Positions 20,187 through 30,800 of a DNA stretch of 64,000 nucleotides are shown piece by piece. The stretch covers positions 12,225 to 76,224 of the forward strand of contig JBLIRO010000001.1 of assembly GCA_049472335.1 (NCBI GenBank), read 5' to 3'. Every line of letters begins with the position of its first letter. Positions within the stretch are counted from its first letter, which is position 1. The translations under genes and the position numbers were made by a program. The DNA comes from a bacterium (GTDB lineage Bacteria; SZUA-182; DTGQ01; JAFGSM01). The notes beneath the pieces are model-generated. The model did not search any database, was not told the origin of the DNA, and worked only from the letters and a program-made list of their open reading frames with translations.

Positions 20187-22975
20187 TGCATATTCCGGTT
20201 TCCACTTACAGGATTCAGTTTAGCCCCTCATTTGATTTTAATTCAGCACGCGAGATAATACATTATCTCTTGGAGTTGGGGATTTCCGATCTCTATGCCT
20301 CGCCCATTTTTAAGGTGAGAAGAGGGAGTATGCACGGCTATGACGTGGTAGATCCCAATCAGTTGAATCCAGAGCTTGGAGACACAGAGAATTTTGAAAG
20401 GCTTATCGCTGAATTAAGAAGCATGGACATGTTCTGGCTCCAGGATATCGTTCCCAATCACATGGCATATGACAGCCAGAATGAGATGATCATGGATCTC
20501 CTTGAAAACACGGAAAATTCTAAATTTTATCATTTTTTTGACATTGACTGGGACCATTTCTATGACAGCCTTAAAAAAAAGCTGCTGACTCCTTTTCTGG
20601 GGAAATTCTACTCCGAATCCCTGGAAGATGCAGAGATTCAGTTAAGATATGATCAGAATGGTCTGAGCGTAAATTATTATTCACTCCGGCTCCCTTTAAG
20701 ATTAGAATCGTATGTCCGGGTGTTCAAGCATAACATCAAAGTACTGGAAGGCACACTCGGGCAAAATAATCCCGAGCTCATAAAATTCCTGGGCACCCTT
20801 CACCTGATTGATGATTTGGCCAATATCAAGGAGTTCAAACCTGAATACGATCAGGTTAAACATGCCAAAGGGATGCTGTGGAAACTTTACATGCAAAATC
20901 CCACCATCAAGGCCTTTATGGATGCAAATATCCTGTTTTTTAATGGGGAAAAGGGACAACCAGACAGTTTCACTCATCTTGACGATCTTCTCGCAGAACA
21001 ACCTTTCAGATTATCCTTCTGGAAAGTAGCTGCAGAAGAGATAAACTACCGCAGGTTTTTCAGCATAAATGATCTTATCTCCCTGAGGGTGGAAGATGAA
21101 GAAGTCTTCACTTTCACACACGAACTTATCTTTAAGCTGGTTGATGACAAAAAATTCGACGGGCTACGGATCGATCATATCGATGGTTTGTGGGACCCCA
21201 CCACCTATCTCGAAAGGTTAAGGGAAAAAACAGACCAGACCTATATAGTGGCTGAAAAAATCCTTGATTTCGATGAAAAGTTCCCTCCTTTTTGGCCCAT
21301 TCAGGGGACAACCGGTTATGATTTTATGAATCATATCAACGGGGTCTTTTGCAGAAAGGGAAATAAAAAGGCATTTTCCAAGATATATGATGGATTTACT
21401 GATTTTCATCTTTCATTCGAAGATCTTGTACCAGAGAAAAAAAGGCTGATCATAGAAAAACACATGGCCGGAAACATCGACAACCTGGCCCACATCATGA
21501 AAAAGATCGCCGTAAAGGACCGTTATGGAAAAGACATTACCCTTTATGCCCTCAAGCGGGCGCTCGTTGAAGTGATGAGCTTTTTCCCTGTATATCGCTC
21601 CTATATCAATGAAAACAAATTCAGCGACACTGATAAGTTATATATTAGCCGGGCCATCAGGGATGCACTGCGCATAAATCCCGATCTCGTTTATGAGATG
21701 AGCTTTATCGAAAAATTCTTTTCCCCTGATTTTTCAAAACAGCTCAATGATGAAGAAAACGAACAACTAACGTATTTTATAATGCAATTTCAACAATTTA
21801 CAAGTTCCATTATGGCAAAGGGCTTTGAGGATACAGTACTTTATATCTATAACAAGCTTATCTCCCTGAATGAAGTGGGAGGCAACCCAGACCGGTTTGG
21901 CGTGTCAGAAGAGGAATTTCATACATTCAGCCAATACAGAGCTGTGCATCTGCCTCATACATTAAATGCCACATCCACCCATGACACAAAAAGGGGCGAG
22001 GATGTCAGGGCAAGGATCAATGTCCTTTCCGAAATACCCGGAGAATGGGAATCTCATTTGAAGAATTGGCACAGGATCAACAGGAGGTTTAAAAAAAGGG
22101 TCAATAGCGCCTATATGCCTGATGGAAACGATGAATATTTTCTTTACCAGACCCTTATCGGCGCCTTCCCTTTTGATGCCGGTGAACTACCTCAGCTTAC
22201 AGACAGGATAAAAAACTATATAATAAAGGCAGTCAGGGAAGCCAAGCGGCATACTGCCTGGATCAAACCTGATACGGAATATGAGGATGCATGCCTCCAT
22301 TTTGTAGAAGAGATCCTAAGACCCGGGGATGAGAATATATTCCTGAAGGAGTTTATGTCATTTCAGAAAAAAATAGTTTTTTACGGGATATTCAACTCCC
22401 TTTCCCAGACCCTGGCGAAGATAACAAGCCCCGGTGTCCCCGATTTTTATCAGGGGACCGAGCTGTGGGACCTGAATCTCGTTGACCCTGACAACCGCCG
22501 GCCTGTTGATTATCAAAAAAGGGAGTATTTTCTGAAAGACATCAGGAAAAAGTCCCAACATGATATACTGGGTCTTATCAATGAACTGCTTGAAAACAAA
22601 GAGGACGGCAGGATAAAACTCTTTCTGATCTATAAGGCGCTCAAAACCAGGCGGGAAAGGCAGGATATCTTCCAAAACGGCATCTATATTCCCATTAAGA
22701 CGGAGGGAAGATTCAGGGACTGCATTATTGCCTATGCGAAAAACTATCAGGATAGGCTGGCCATTACCGTAATACCCCGTTTTCTGACAAACCTTATAAA
22801 AGAAGGGGTATTCCCTTTAGGTGAACAGGTATGGGAAGACACACGCCTTGTATTACCCGACGAATTATCCTCATTTAGCTGGACAAACGCAATCACGGAT
22901 CAACCCGTGAGTGGTGAAGGGCCACTACTGGCAGGAAAGATCTTTGAACACTTTCCGGTAGGATTATTAATATAG
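20186..22975 (+). CDS. treY: Malto-oligosyltrehalose synthase (TreY, GH13)
   Basis: The N-terminus YRIQF...LGISDLYASPIFK...HGYDVVDPN...VPNHMA, together with the 929-aa length, is typical of TreY. Confidence 0.85.
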   Translation: MHIPVSTYRIQFSPSFDFNSAREIIHYLLELGISDLYASPIFKVRRGSMHGYDVVDPNQLNPELGDTENFERLIAELRSMDMFWLQDIVPNHMAYDSQNEMIMDLLENTENSKFYHFFDIDWDHFYDSLKKKLLTPFLGKFYSESLEDAEIQLRYDQNGLSVNYYSLRLPLRLESYVRVFKHNIKVLEGTLGQNNPELIKFLGTLHLIDDLANIKEFKPEYDQVKHAKGMLWKLYMQNPTIKAFMDANILFFNGEKGQPDSFTHLDDLLAEQPFRLSFWKVAAEEINYRRFFSINDLISLRVEDEEVFTFTHELIFKLVDDKKFDGLRIDHIDGLWDPTTYLERLREKTDQTYIVAEKILDFDEKFPPFWPIQGTTGYDFMNHINGVFCRKGNKKAFSKIYDGFTDFHLSFEDLVPEKKRLIIEKHMAGNIDNLAHIMKKIAVKDRYGKDITLYALKRALVEVMSFFPVYRSYINENKFSDTDKLYISRAIRDALRINPDLVYEMSFIEKFFSPDFSKQLNDEENEQLTYFIMQFQQFTSSIMAKGFEDTVLYIYNKLISLNEVGGNPDRFGVSEEEFHTFSQYRAVHLPHTLNATSTHDTKRGEDVRARINVLSEIPGEWESHLKNWHRINRRFKKRVNSAYMPDGNDEYFLYQTLIGAFPFDAGELPQLTDRIKNYIIKAVREAKRHTAWIKPDTEYEDACLHFVEEILRPGDENIFLKEFMSFQKKIVFYGIFNSLSQTLAKITSPGVPDFYQGTELWDLNLVDPDNRRPVDYQKREYFLKDIRKKSQHDILGLINELLENKEDGRIKLFLIYKALKTRRERQDIFQNGIYIPIKTEGRFRDCIIAYAKNYQDRLAITVIPRFLTNLIKEGVFPLGEQVWEDTRLVLPDELSSFSWTNAITDQPVSGEGPLLAGKIFEHFPVGLLI

Positions 22976-23139
22976 TCTGAGTGGAGAATTAAAACACTGA
23001 AATCATTATTACACAATCTCCTGCTAGTAATTCCTGCAGTATTAATGGGCCTCTACTCCAATCATATCAAATTGTATTTTATGACAATGTTAATCTTGAA
23101 GAATCGGAGATTTTAGTGAACGGCTTCATTAAATTGTCC

Positions 23140-23535
23140 TTATAGATCTATCTTCTCATGTTTTAAGCCAACAATAGAGCTGATGATTTCAAAATCGTTG
23201 TCTACATGTAATATAACTGCTTTCCCCTCGGCTGCTGCAGCAATGATAAGATCAGTTGTTGGAATTGTTTTCCCTTTTCTATCCAGCATGAATCCATATT
23301 TAGCTGCCGTTTCTATAACGGAATTATCTATAGGGATCTGAGGGAGTGAGAGAAACGTATCCTTAAGCATTTGAAATGATTTGTTGTCTTTAGCACCCCT
23401 CAGTATTTCTACAACCACAATACCGCAGGAGACCGCGTTTTCTTTTTCGAGAATTTCCCTCACCCGGGCTTTTACTCTTTTTGATCCTTTAGGTCTTAAG
23501 TATTCAATCCATGCTGAACTATCTATGAGGAACAT
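23140..23535 (-). CDS. vapC: PIN-domain toxin VapC
   Basis: The protein begins MFLIDSSAWIEYL..., contains acidic PIN residues and is 131 aa. It overlaps the upstream antitoxin. Confidence 0.8.
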   Translation of the reverse strand: MFLIDSSAWIEYLRPKGSKRVKARVREILEKENAVSCGIVVVEILRGAKDNKSFQMLKDTFLSLPQIPIDNSVIETAAKYGFMLDRKGKTIPTTDLIIAAAAEGKAVILHVDNDFEIISSIVGLKHEKIDL

Positions 23536-23746
23536 CCCTTTTCCTGTTTCTCAAAAAATTATCTAAAGTGAAGGATAGCTCTATTTTTCCTTCAAGCTCT
23601 AACAATTTTTTCGCTTTTCTGCGCCTTATAAACTCCTCAAGGGCTACTTCAACGGCTTCCTTCTTTGTCCTGGCACCTGACAATTCCTTTGCCTCGTTCA
23701 GCAATTCTTCATTTATGGCTAATGTTGTTCTCATTGATGCCTCCAT
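23519..23746 (-). CDS. vapB: VapB-type antitoxin (ribbon-helix-helix-like)
   Basis: A 75-aa protein overlapping the vapC start by 17 nt. The N-terminus TTLAINEELLNEAKELSG is typical of VapB. Confidence 0.6.
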   Translation of the reverse strand: MEASMRTTLAINEELLNEAKELSGARTKKEAVEVALEEFIRRRKAKKLLELEGKIELSFTLDNFLRNRKRDVPHR

Positions 23747-23926
23747 AAAGCATATTATATTAGCATAATATCAGATGCATTTATTCATGTCAAATTTATT
23801 GTTTCTGTGATATACATTTACCCTACAAGAAAGGGGACGGAGTTAGTTTATTATTTTAAGATGCTCAGGATTAAAAAGTGAACCAATTTTCCCCTATCTT
23901 CCATGCTGCAATCAAAAAAACTCGCT

Positions 23927-24496
23927 TCAATTTAATGTAAAAGATTTAACAATATTTTCAAAAACCTCGATGTCACGAGGGAAGTAATGGAGACTGGGTG
24001 CTCTATAGTACAGGGTATAAAAGCCGATTTTATTTGTAAAACCATAAAGAATCAGTTCATATCTTAATCCCCTTTCATTTTTGAACTGGGCATGTATCCT
24101 GAAACCCGGTCTGCCCCCGATTGTGGTGGGTTTATTTTCAAGGACAACAATATTTGACATGTCACTCGTAGCTTTCATCTCAGAAATGGTCAACTCGGCT
24201 AACTCTGAAGGCAGCATATCTTCGGAAGATCTTTTCCCTATGGCAGGAAATGCATTTTGATGGGAGTATTTTTCGATTAAAATGATCTGAATACCAGGTC
24301 CGTCCCGGGTAATGAGGAGCTTATCCTTAACGAACTCAGCGTGCACCCATCCAAAAGGTAAATTTACGCTATAAGTATTATCCGGGCCATTCATATAAAT
24401 CTGATCAAGCCGGACCCATGTCCTTGGTGCGCAACCGATGATTAGAGCTATTAATAAAAACGATATGATATATAAAAACCTATTTATTTTAATCAT
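23927..24496 (-). CDS. Lipoprotein, function unknown
   Basis: Signal peptide with a lipobox (LIIGC). It is the last gene of an envelope-protein operon. Confidence 0.5.
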   Translation of the reverse strand: MIKINRFLYIISFLLIALIIGCAPRTWVRLDQIYMNGPDNTYSVNLPFGWVHAEFVKDKLLITRDGPGIQIILIEKYSHQNAFPAIGKRSSEDMLPSELAELTISEMKATSDMSNIVVLENKPTTIGGRPGFRIHAQFKNERGLRYELILYGFTNKIGFYTLYYRAPSLHYFPRDIEVFENIVKSFTLN

Positions 24497-25656
24497 TGTT
24501 CTTTTTGTATTTGTCTAATGTATTGTCGAATATAATCCTTATCCTCAGCATCAGGTTCTATCTGCAAATATTTAGACAGATAATAAAGTGCCTGTTGAGA
24601 ATCATCCTTCTTCATATAATGCAAACCAAGCGCCCTATAGGGAGGCGCGAAATATGGCAATTTTTCAATGCATTTAATATAAGCATGCACGGAAAGATCC
24701 TGATCCCCTTTTTCATCCCGCAAACGATAGGCTTCACCTTGATAGAAATATGCATCAGGAGGATAATGTTTTAACCTTTCAGTGTCGCTCAATACAAAAA
24801 TAAGGTTTTTATAACGACCTATTGAAAGATCTTCCCTCAGGCATGCCAGTCGTAGCTGACTCGTTTTTTCCAAATACTCTTGCTCTCCGATTCGGCCACG
24901 GCGGTATGTTTGATCGCGGTTGAATTTTGTGAAGTTTTCGATTCTCTCCTGAAGCTTTGGATGTGAAGAAAAAAAGAAAGGTTCCTCAATTTCCAGGGCT
25001 TCGACCTCTGCCTTCAGATGCATAAAAGCCTTTACTGACTCTCTTGTATCATATCCTGCTTGTTTGAGTCTCTGATAGCCTATCTCATCCGCTTCCCTTT
25101 CCAGATCACGGGAATATCCATAAATTGAAGAAAAAGCCAGAACATCTACTAAAGGGATGCCTGCCATTTTCATAAACGTGGCAAATGCAGCAGTGGATTT
25201 CAGTTTTAATCTTTGTTTAAGCGCATGTTTCTGGACGAAATGAGCTCCTTCATGAGCCAAAACTGAGGCTACCTGAGCTTCGTTATCAAAACGTCCAAGA
25301 ATTCCCAGGTGAATATATATACTTCCATGAGGAAGGGCAAAGGCATTCAAGATCGGCGATTTGAGCACCAGAACGTGAATATTCCCTTTGAATTCGGGAT
25401 AGAGCAGGTCCATAATTTCCTGCAGGTAGGATTGAAGTACGGCGTCCTTATACAGTTGATCCATATTGAGAATCGTTTCATCAAATTTATTCCCCTGCAT
25501 CCACAATCGAGATTCATCATCTGTAAGGGGCTTGACTTCGGAGCCTGCACTGAAAGGCCTGACAGCTCGGGTGGTCTGACACCCTGCAAACATAGAGAAG
25601 CCAAAAAACAGCATGAAATATATCTGAAGTAATTTATTTTGCCTAAGACTTATCAT
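24493..25656 (-). CDS. M48-family zinc metalloprotease with C-terminal TPR region (BepA/YfgC-like)
   Basis: Contains the HExxH motif (AHEGAHFVQKH) and an N-terminal lipoprotein-type signal. The C-terminus (YYLSKYLQIEPD...) is TPR-like. Confidence 0.75.
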   Translation of the reverse strand: MISLRQNKLLQIYFMLFFGFSMFAGCQTTRAVRPFSAGSEVKPLTDDESRLWMQGNKFDETILNMDQLYKDAVLQSYLQEIMDLLYPEFKGNIHVLVLKSPILNAFALPHGSIYIHLGILGRFDNEAQVASVLAHEGAHFVQKHALKQRLKLKSTAAFATFMKMAGIPLVDVLAFSSIYGYSRDLEREADEIGYQRLKQAGYDTRESVKAFMHLKAEVEALEIEEPFFFSSHPKLQERIENFTKFNRDQTYRRGRIGEQEYLEKTSQLRLACLREDLSIGRYKNLIFVLSDTERLKHYPPDAYFYQGEAYRLRDEKGDQDLSVHAYIKCIEKLPYFAPPYRALGLHYMKKDDSQQALYYLSKYLQIEPDAEDKDYIRQYIRQIQKEQ

Positions 25657-26444
25657 TACTTTAATTTTGCCTCCGGATAATTCTCGAGATAAATATTGAG
25701 TCCCGGATAGTCTTTTAAGATATCCCGGAGCGTGAAATAGGCGTCTTCCGGCTTTCGCATGTCCATGATTTCACGACCGGATCTATGATTAAACCAGACA
25801 ATGTCCCCTGTTGCCAGGTCCACAACGCTAATCGCCAGAAAAGAGCTGCCCAACGAAACAGGAACACCAAAAATGACACCCGCCACTCCCATAGCTTTGC
25901 GGCCTGAAGTCGGGATAACATCTGATCCTGTTATAAACAAACAAGTATCTGCCCCTGTTTTTTCTTTAAGAAAGTTCAAGCCTTTGCCCAGGGTATAATC
26001 AAAATGATGCTCTTTATGTCTCCAGGCCGGATAACTTGAATAGGAAAACACATATGCATTATTACATATTAAATCATAAAGGGCGAGATGCTCGTCAAAT
26101 ATCATCTGTTCTTCCGGAGTCAACTCTACCATATCAATGATGTCAACAGCCGGTATGGATGCAAAATATTTGAAGATTGCTTCATGACTATTCTCTGATG
26201 CTTGTTCTGACCATTGAGAAACCTCTTCTATCACCCCACCTGATGACATTTCGCTCATCTTAAGTTTCACAGGTAAAAATAAGATCTTTTGAGGATTATC
26301 TTTTGAAAACGATTGAAGGACAGCAAAATAATTGCCGTTTATTCTATGGCCCGGAGCAGCTTGTATTTGAACTGCATATCCTATGATCAGAGAAAGGGCT
26401 ACGGACACAATAAAGGTTAGATGAAACTTTTTAATAAACTTATC
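25656..26444 (-). CDS. Exported hypothetical protein
   Basis: Signal peptide (…FIVSVALSLIIGYAVQIQA) but no recognisable domain. Confidence 0.4.
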   Translation of the reverse strand, partial: DKFIKKFHLTFIVSVALSLIIGYAVQIQAAPGHRINGNYFAVLQSFSKDNPQKILFLPVKLKMSEMSSGGVIEEVSQWSEQASENSHEAIFKYFASIPAVDIIDMVELTPEEQMIFDEHLALYDLICNNAYVFSYSSYPAWRHKEHHFDYTLGKGLNFLKEKTGADTCLFITGSDVIPTSGRKAMGVAGVIFGVPVSLGSSFLAISVVDLATGDIVWFNHRSGREIMDMRKPEDAYFTLRDILKDYPGLNIYLENYPEAKLK

Positions 26445-26584
26445 CATTCTTAGTATCCACTTTGTTTTTTTAACATGGGATTTTTTCCACATTGTATCTT
26501 TTATCCGATTTGGTTGTAAGTCTAAAACAAAATATATTGGATAAAATAATGGTCATTACAAACAAATCCATTGATACTTTTCCT

Positions 26585-27307
26585 CTATCGTCTGAAACCC
26601 TGTGAGTTTTCTATTAAGTCAAGTTTTTTCTGTATCTTGGCCTTCAGACTATCATTGTCAGCCTTTTGAAGTGCCTCTTTATAAGACTCTTTCGCCTTTT
26701 CTATGTTCACTAAATTACTTATGTGATTTCCTCGCATTTCAGTATATGCGTCCCCTTTTAATTCATAATATCTGCAAGGCGCTTCACCCGCCAAAATTAT
26801 TGCCTTTTCTATATATCTTGTCGCGCTATCCGGCCGGTTATTAATAAGATAGCTTTTTGCTAATATATACAATACATCTGGTTGATGTTTATATTTCTTC
26901 GACATCGCTTTCCCCATATAATACGGTGTATAAATCAATTGCTTGTAAGCTTTGTCACCATTTGCCTTCATAATATCACATTTTTCTAAATAGGCCCTGG
27001 CAAGAAGTATCCTTGGTCTTATAACATCAGGATTTTCATTACAATAAGGGCTCAATTCCGATATTACATCATCATATCTGCCCTGATCAAACAGCTCGAC
27101 AGCTTTGCTGTATGGATCTTCTGTGTCTTCATCGTAATAATTTTGATACAATTCCGCCTTCTTGCATATTAATTGAATCTGCTGATCATTTAATCCCTCT
27201 TCTTTCATTGCTCTTATAAGTCCCTGGGTACATGATTCTGAAAGACATGGTAAGCTTATAAAGATGACAACAAAAAGTGGGCACAGCAGAAAAAATAATT
27301 TTTTCAT
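26585..27307 (-). CDS. Secreted TPR-like repeat protein
   Basis: Signal peptide with helical repeat-like, K/E/Y-rich sequence. Confidence 0.45.
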   Translation of the reverse strand: MKKLFFLLCPLFVVIFISLPCLSESCTQGLIRAMKEEGLNDQQIQLICKKAELYQNYYDEDTEDPYSKAVELFDQGRYDDVISELSPYCNENPDVIRPRILLARAYLEKCDIMKANGDKAYKQLIYTPYYMGKAMSKKYKHQPDVLYILAKSYLINNRPDSATRYIEKAIILAGEAPCRYYELKGDAYTEMRGNHISNLVNIEKAKESYKEALQKADNDSLKAKIQKKLDLIENSQGFRR

Positions 27308-27838
27308 TTGCTCTTTCTCCATGTTTGTTATTATGCCAGGGATTTGCTTTTACGTTTTAAATTATAGGGAAGAACCCTGATTTTATCAAGAGAAATATTG
27401 AAAATTATTTTCTATAAAATATCGAATGTGAATTTTTAAGTATGAAAATAAGTAAGGACTATATATCAATCTGTTTTACCATTTGGAGTGAGAAGATGAA
27501 GAAGTTTTTTGATGACAAATAACATATTAAGATAACATTTGTTACCTTATGGTGTCCAGGGAACGTTGTTTACTAATCTTGCTTATTTATTTCTTCTCCT
27601 GTCTCATGAGTTTTATTATAAGATATTAAAGACTTTAACTGCTTTTACCATTTCATATTTTGTTCTTGGCTGTATGGAAGAAATCAGCCCCTACAAGAAT
27701 TTGAAAGGCTTTTATAAATCATCGTTTCTTATTTTCTTCGGTTAACCTTATCTTAGCCTCTTCATAAAAAGCTTGGTTGAATAGGGCTTCAAATCATTTT
27801 CCGGTAGATTTTTATTAAATTTTGTTTTGAAGAAGCGG

Positions 27839-30800
27839 TTAGTGCGTTTCAGTTGATTTGATTATGCTGCAATGCCTTCCATGGCATTCCGAGCATTTAT
27901 AAGGGGAAGCGGAGTTCACATAATCCTCATGATCTCTCAATTCATCCTTATGACATGTGCAGCAGCTATTTTTACCACAGTCGTTCGGATCTTTCTCCCA
28001 TTTCTCAACCACATTGAGCGGTCCTTTATTGAGATAGTGTTTGCCTGAAGAGAAGACCCCGGGATGGCAGATCTGACAATCTGCAAGCTCCCTCGGATGT
28101 TCGCCGTGTTTCTCAACCCCATTACAGATGATATTGATTGACGGAGGGTCTCCATGGCAGTATCTGCATTTCCGGGAATCCAGGAGATACCCGCGCAATG
28201 ACGCGGTGCTGCCGTGGTCATGATGACATTCCGTGCAGGAAACCCAGGATGGGACCCTTGCATGAAGCAACTGCCCGTCCGGCAATTTGACGTCTCCATT
28301 GGCATGGCATACAACGCAATTTCTTGAACCCATTATCATTGAGCAATGTTCTTCATGACACGTATTACATGGAGAATTGATTGTGTCGTGAACCTTCATG
28401 GAAGGATTGAGCGGGTTCTTCCGGTCCTCGCCGTGACAGACCCCGCAATCATTATAATTATCTTCATCCTCGCTTTCAGAATAATAATCTTTATTGGTCC
28501 AGCTTTGCTCCATATTTCCTATCTTTGCGGAAAGCATATAATGCCCCTTTTCGATTACAAGCTTATTTTCTTTAGCTTTGAACATATCATGACAATTAAG
28601 GCAATTGGCCCGTACCGCGTGATTAAACCTGCCTGACTTACAGGAGACTGTGATCCGGCTGAGGTTTTCAGAGGTATGACACGACTTGCATTTTTTTTCA
28701 AGCTCGTCCTGTGTGGCTCCTTCAGCGTACAGGATCGACCCTGCTTCATGGGATGATGAGTGACAGTCTATACAGGCCAGACCTTCACTAAGAACAAACT
28801 TGTTGTGAAGATAACCGCCTGATACAACCTTTTTATCCGTCTCAGGGGTATGACATCCAAGGCAGGTGATTCCACTTATATGAGTAAGCCTGCGATGCCT
28901 TAAATGGCAGTCTGAACACCGGGAAGAGGGGTGGGATCTCTCATAGTTCTCATGGATGGTCTTGGATCTGCTGAACCTGTCCTTTTCTTTCGGATCGCTG
29001 AGATATTTTTCATGATGACACGCACCGCAGCCTGTAACCTCATTCCAGTCCTGTGTATAATGGAGATGAAGATGGACGTTGCTCTTTTTTTTGTAAGTGG
29101 TATGGCATATTGTACATGTTTTTCCGGTGACATCGGTAAAATCACAATGCCATTTAGGGACTGTAGATGGATGGCAGTCGCCACACTGGGCGGTGGGATT
29201 GGTTTTATCATAATTCTCATGGATAGTCTTTGATCTCCTGAATATCTCTTTTTCTTTCTGGGTGGTTAGATATTGTTCCTGATGACATACACCGCACCCT
29301 GTAACCTCATCCCAGTCCTGTGTATAGTTAAGATGGATCCGGACATTACGCCTTTTGAAAAAGTTGATATGGTGTCCGTAATTGGGATTTTTTGACAAAA
29401 GCTCGATCACATTGGGATCTGTGATTTTGATTTTCTTGACCATATTGGGATCATTGCTGTTTATAATATCACACACCTTATCATGACAGAACGTACAATT
29501 CTTGTCCGCGGTATGCACCCAATGTTTATTCGCATCATGTACCCCGCCAAGAGGTTTCCCGATAATGGTTTGATTATGGCATTTGAGACAGCAGGCATCC
29601 ACGGCGCCTTGATTATTAGCTTGTAACGCGTCACATATGACAAATTTTCTATGCTCATTACCATGACATTCCGGGCAGCTTCCGGCAGGGAATTGATGAG
29701 CGAGTGACGATAATTGTGAAAGCTTGTGAAAACTCAATTTTTGTTCGTCAGAATGACAGCATCCGCATCCTGCCGGCTCGAAGGTATTGACGATTTTATC
29801 CCTTGCGAGAACTTCCACCTGACCGTTTACGTGCTTATAAAAGCCCGGTTTCTGCTCATACAGGCCATTATGAGGATGACATGTATCACATGAAGCTGTG
29901 CATTGTGAATGATTTGTCCCGGTCATATCAGGCGGGGTATGATGGCAATTACTGCAATAGTTGAATCGACCGTTTTCATCCTTACACTGGGGATTATTGG
30001 GGTCACGGCAATAGACAACCGATTCGTCCCATGTGTGGTTCCATGTGACAGTGGTATAAACCCCCTTTCCGTTACTGTGGCAGTAAAGATTTGTACAGGC
30101 CTTTGTCGTTTTGTTATATTTTCCGTAAGGATTACGATACGGATCGAATCTTACAGGAATATTGCCGTCGAGAGGGAATATGTATTCCTGATCCGGATCG
30201 TAAGAGGAATCTGATATATCCCTTGGGTCAATATGACATTCCCTGCAGGGGAAATTATACAATGCGTGCGTCCTGTGGGGATCCTTTACCCTTTTGCCAT
30301 CGGAAAAGGGAGGAGGTGGCGTTCCATGCCCCTTTCCCGCGATGTCGGGTTTGTTTCCCCTGCTCCGGTACTCCTCATAGTCGAAGGTCCCGATATGGAT
30401 TCTGCCGATTCCGTGGCACCTGCATGTGGGGGCAAAGGCCTTTGAATTGAAGGGATACAGGCCAACAGTATCATCGAGTTTCCTCTGTTCCTCAAGGGTA
30501 TAAGGCGGCAGGGGAAGAGGAGGATCAGGGTCGTGCACATGACATCCTGTGCAATCGGTGTCGCGATAGTCGATTACATATACATCTGAGGGCGCACCGG
30601 GATTTTTATCCGGATCGAAATAGTGTCGGGCACCGTTTCGGTGGGGCTCACTTTTTATATCAGGGTCCTTGTCCGCCCCCGGTTTGGTCCATCTCGCCTT
30701 ATCTTTTCCCTGATGGCATACCTCGCAGATATCCGAACTATTTTCGGGTATTACAGGGGAATTGACAGGGGAGATTCTTTCTCGTATATCCAGCCTTAAT

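Noticed and set aside
27539-27745. 68-aa ORF in the intergenic region between the TPR protein and the cytochrome
   Set aside because: It lies in an AT-rich spacer with no SD and hydrophobic, low-complexity translation typical of AT-rich noise.
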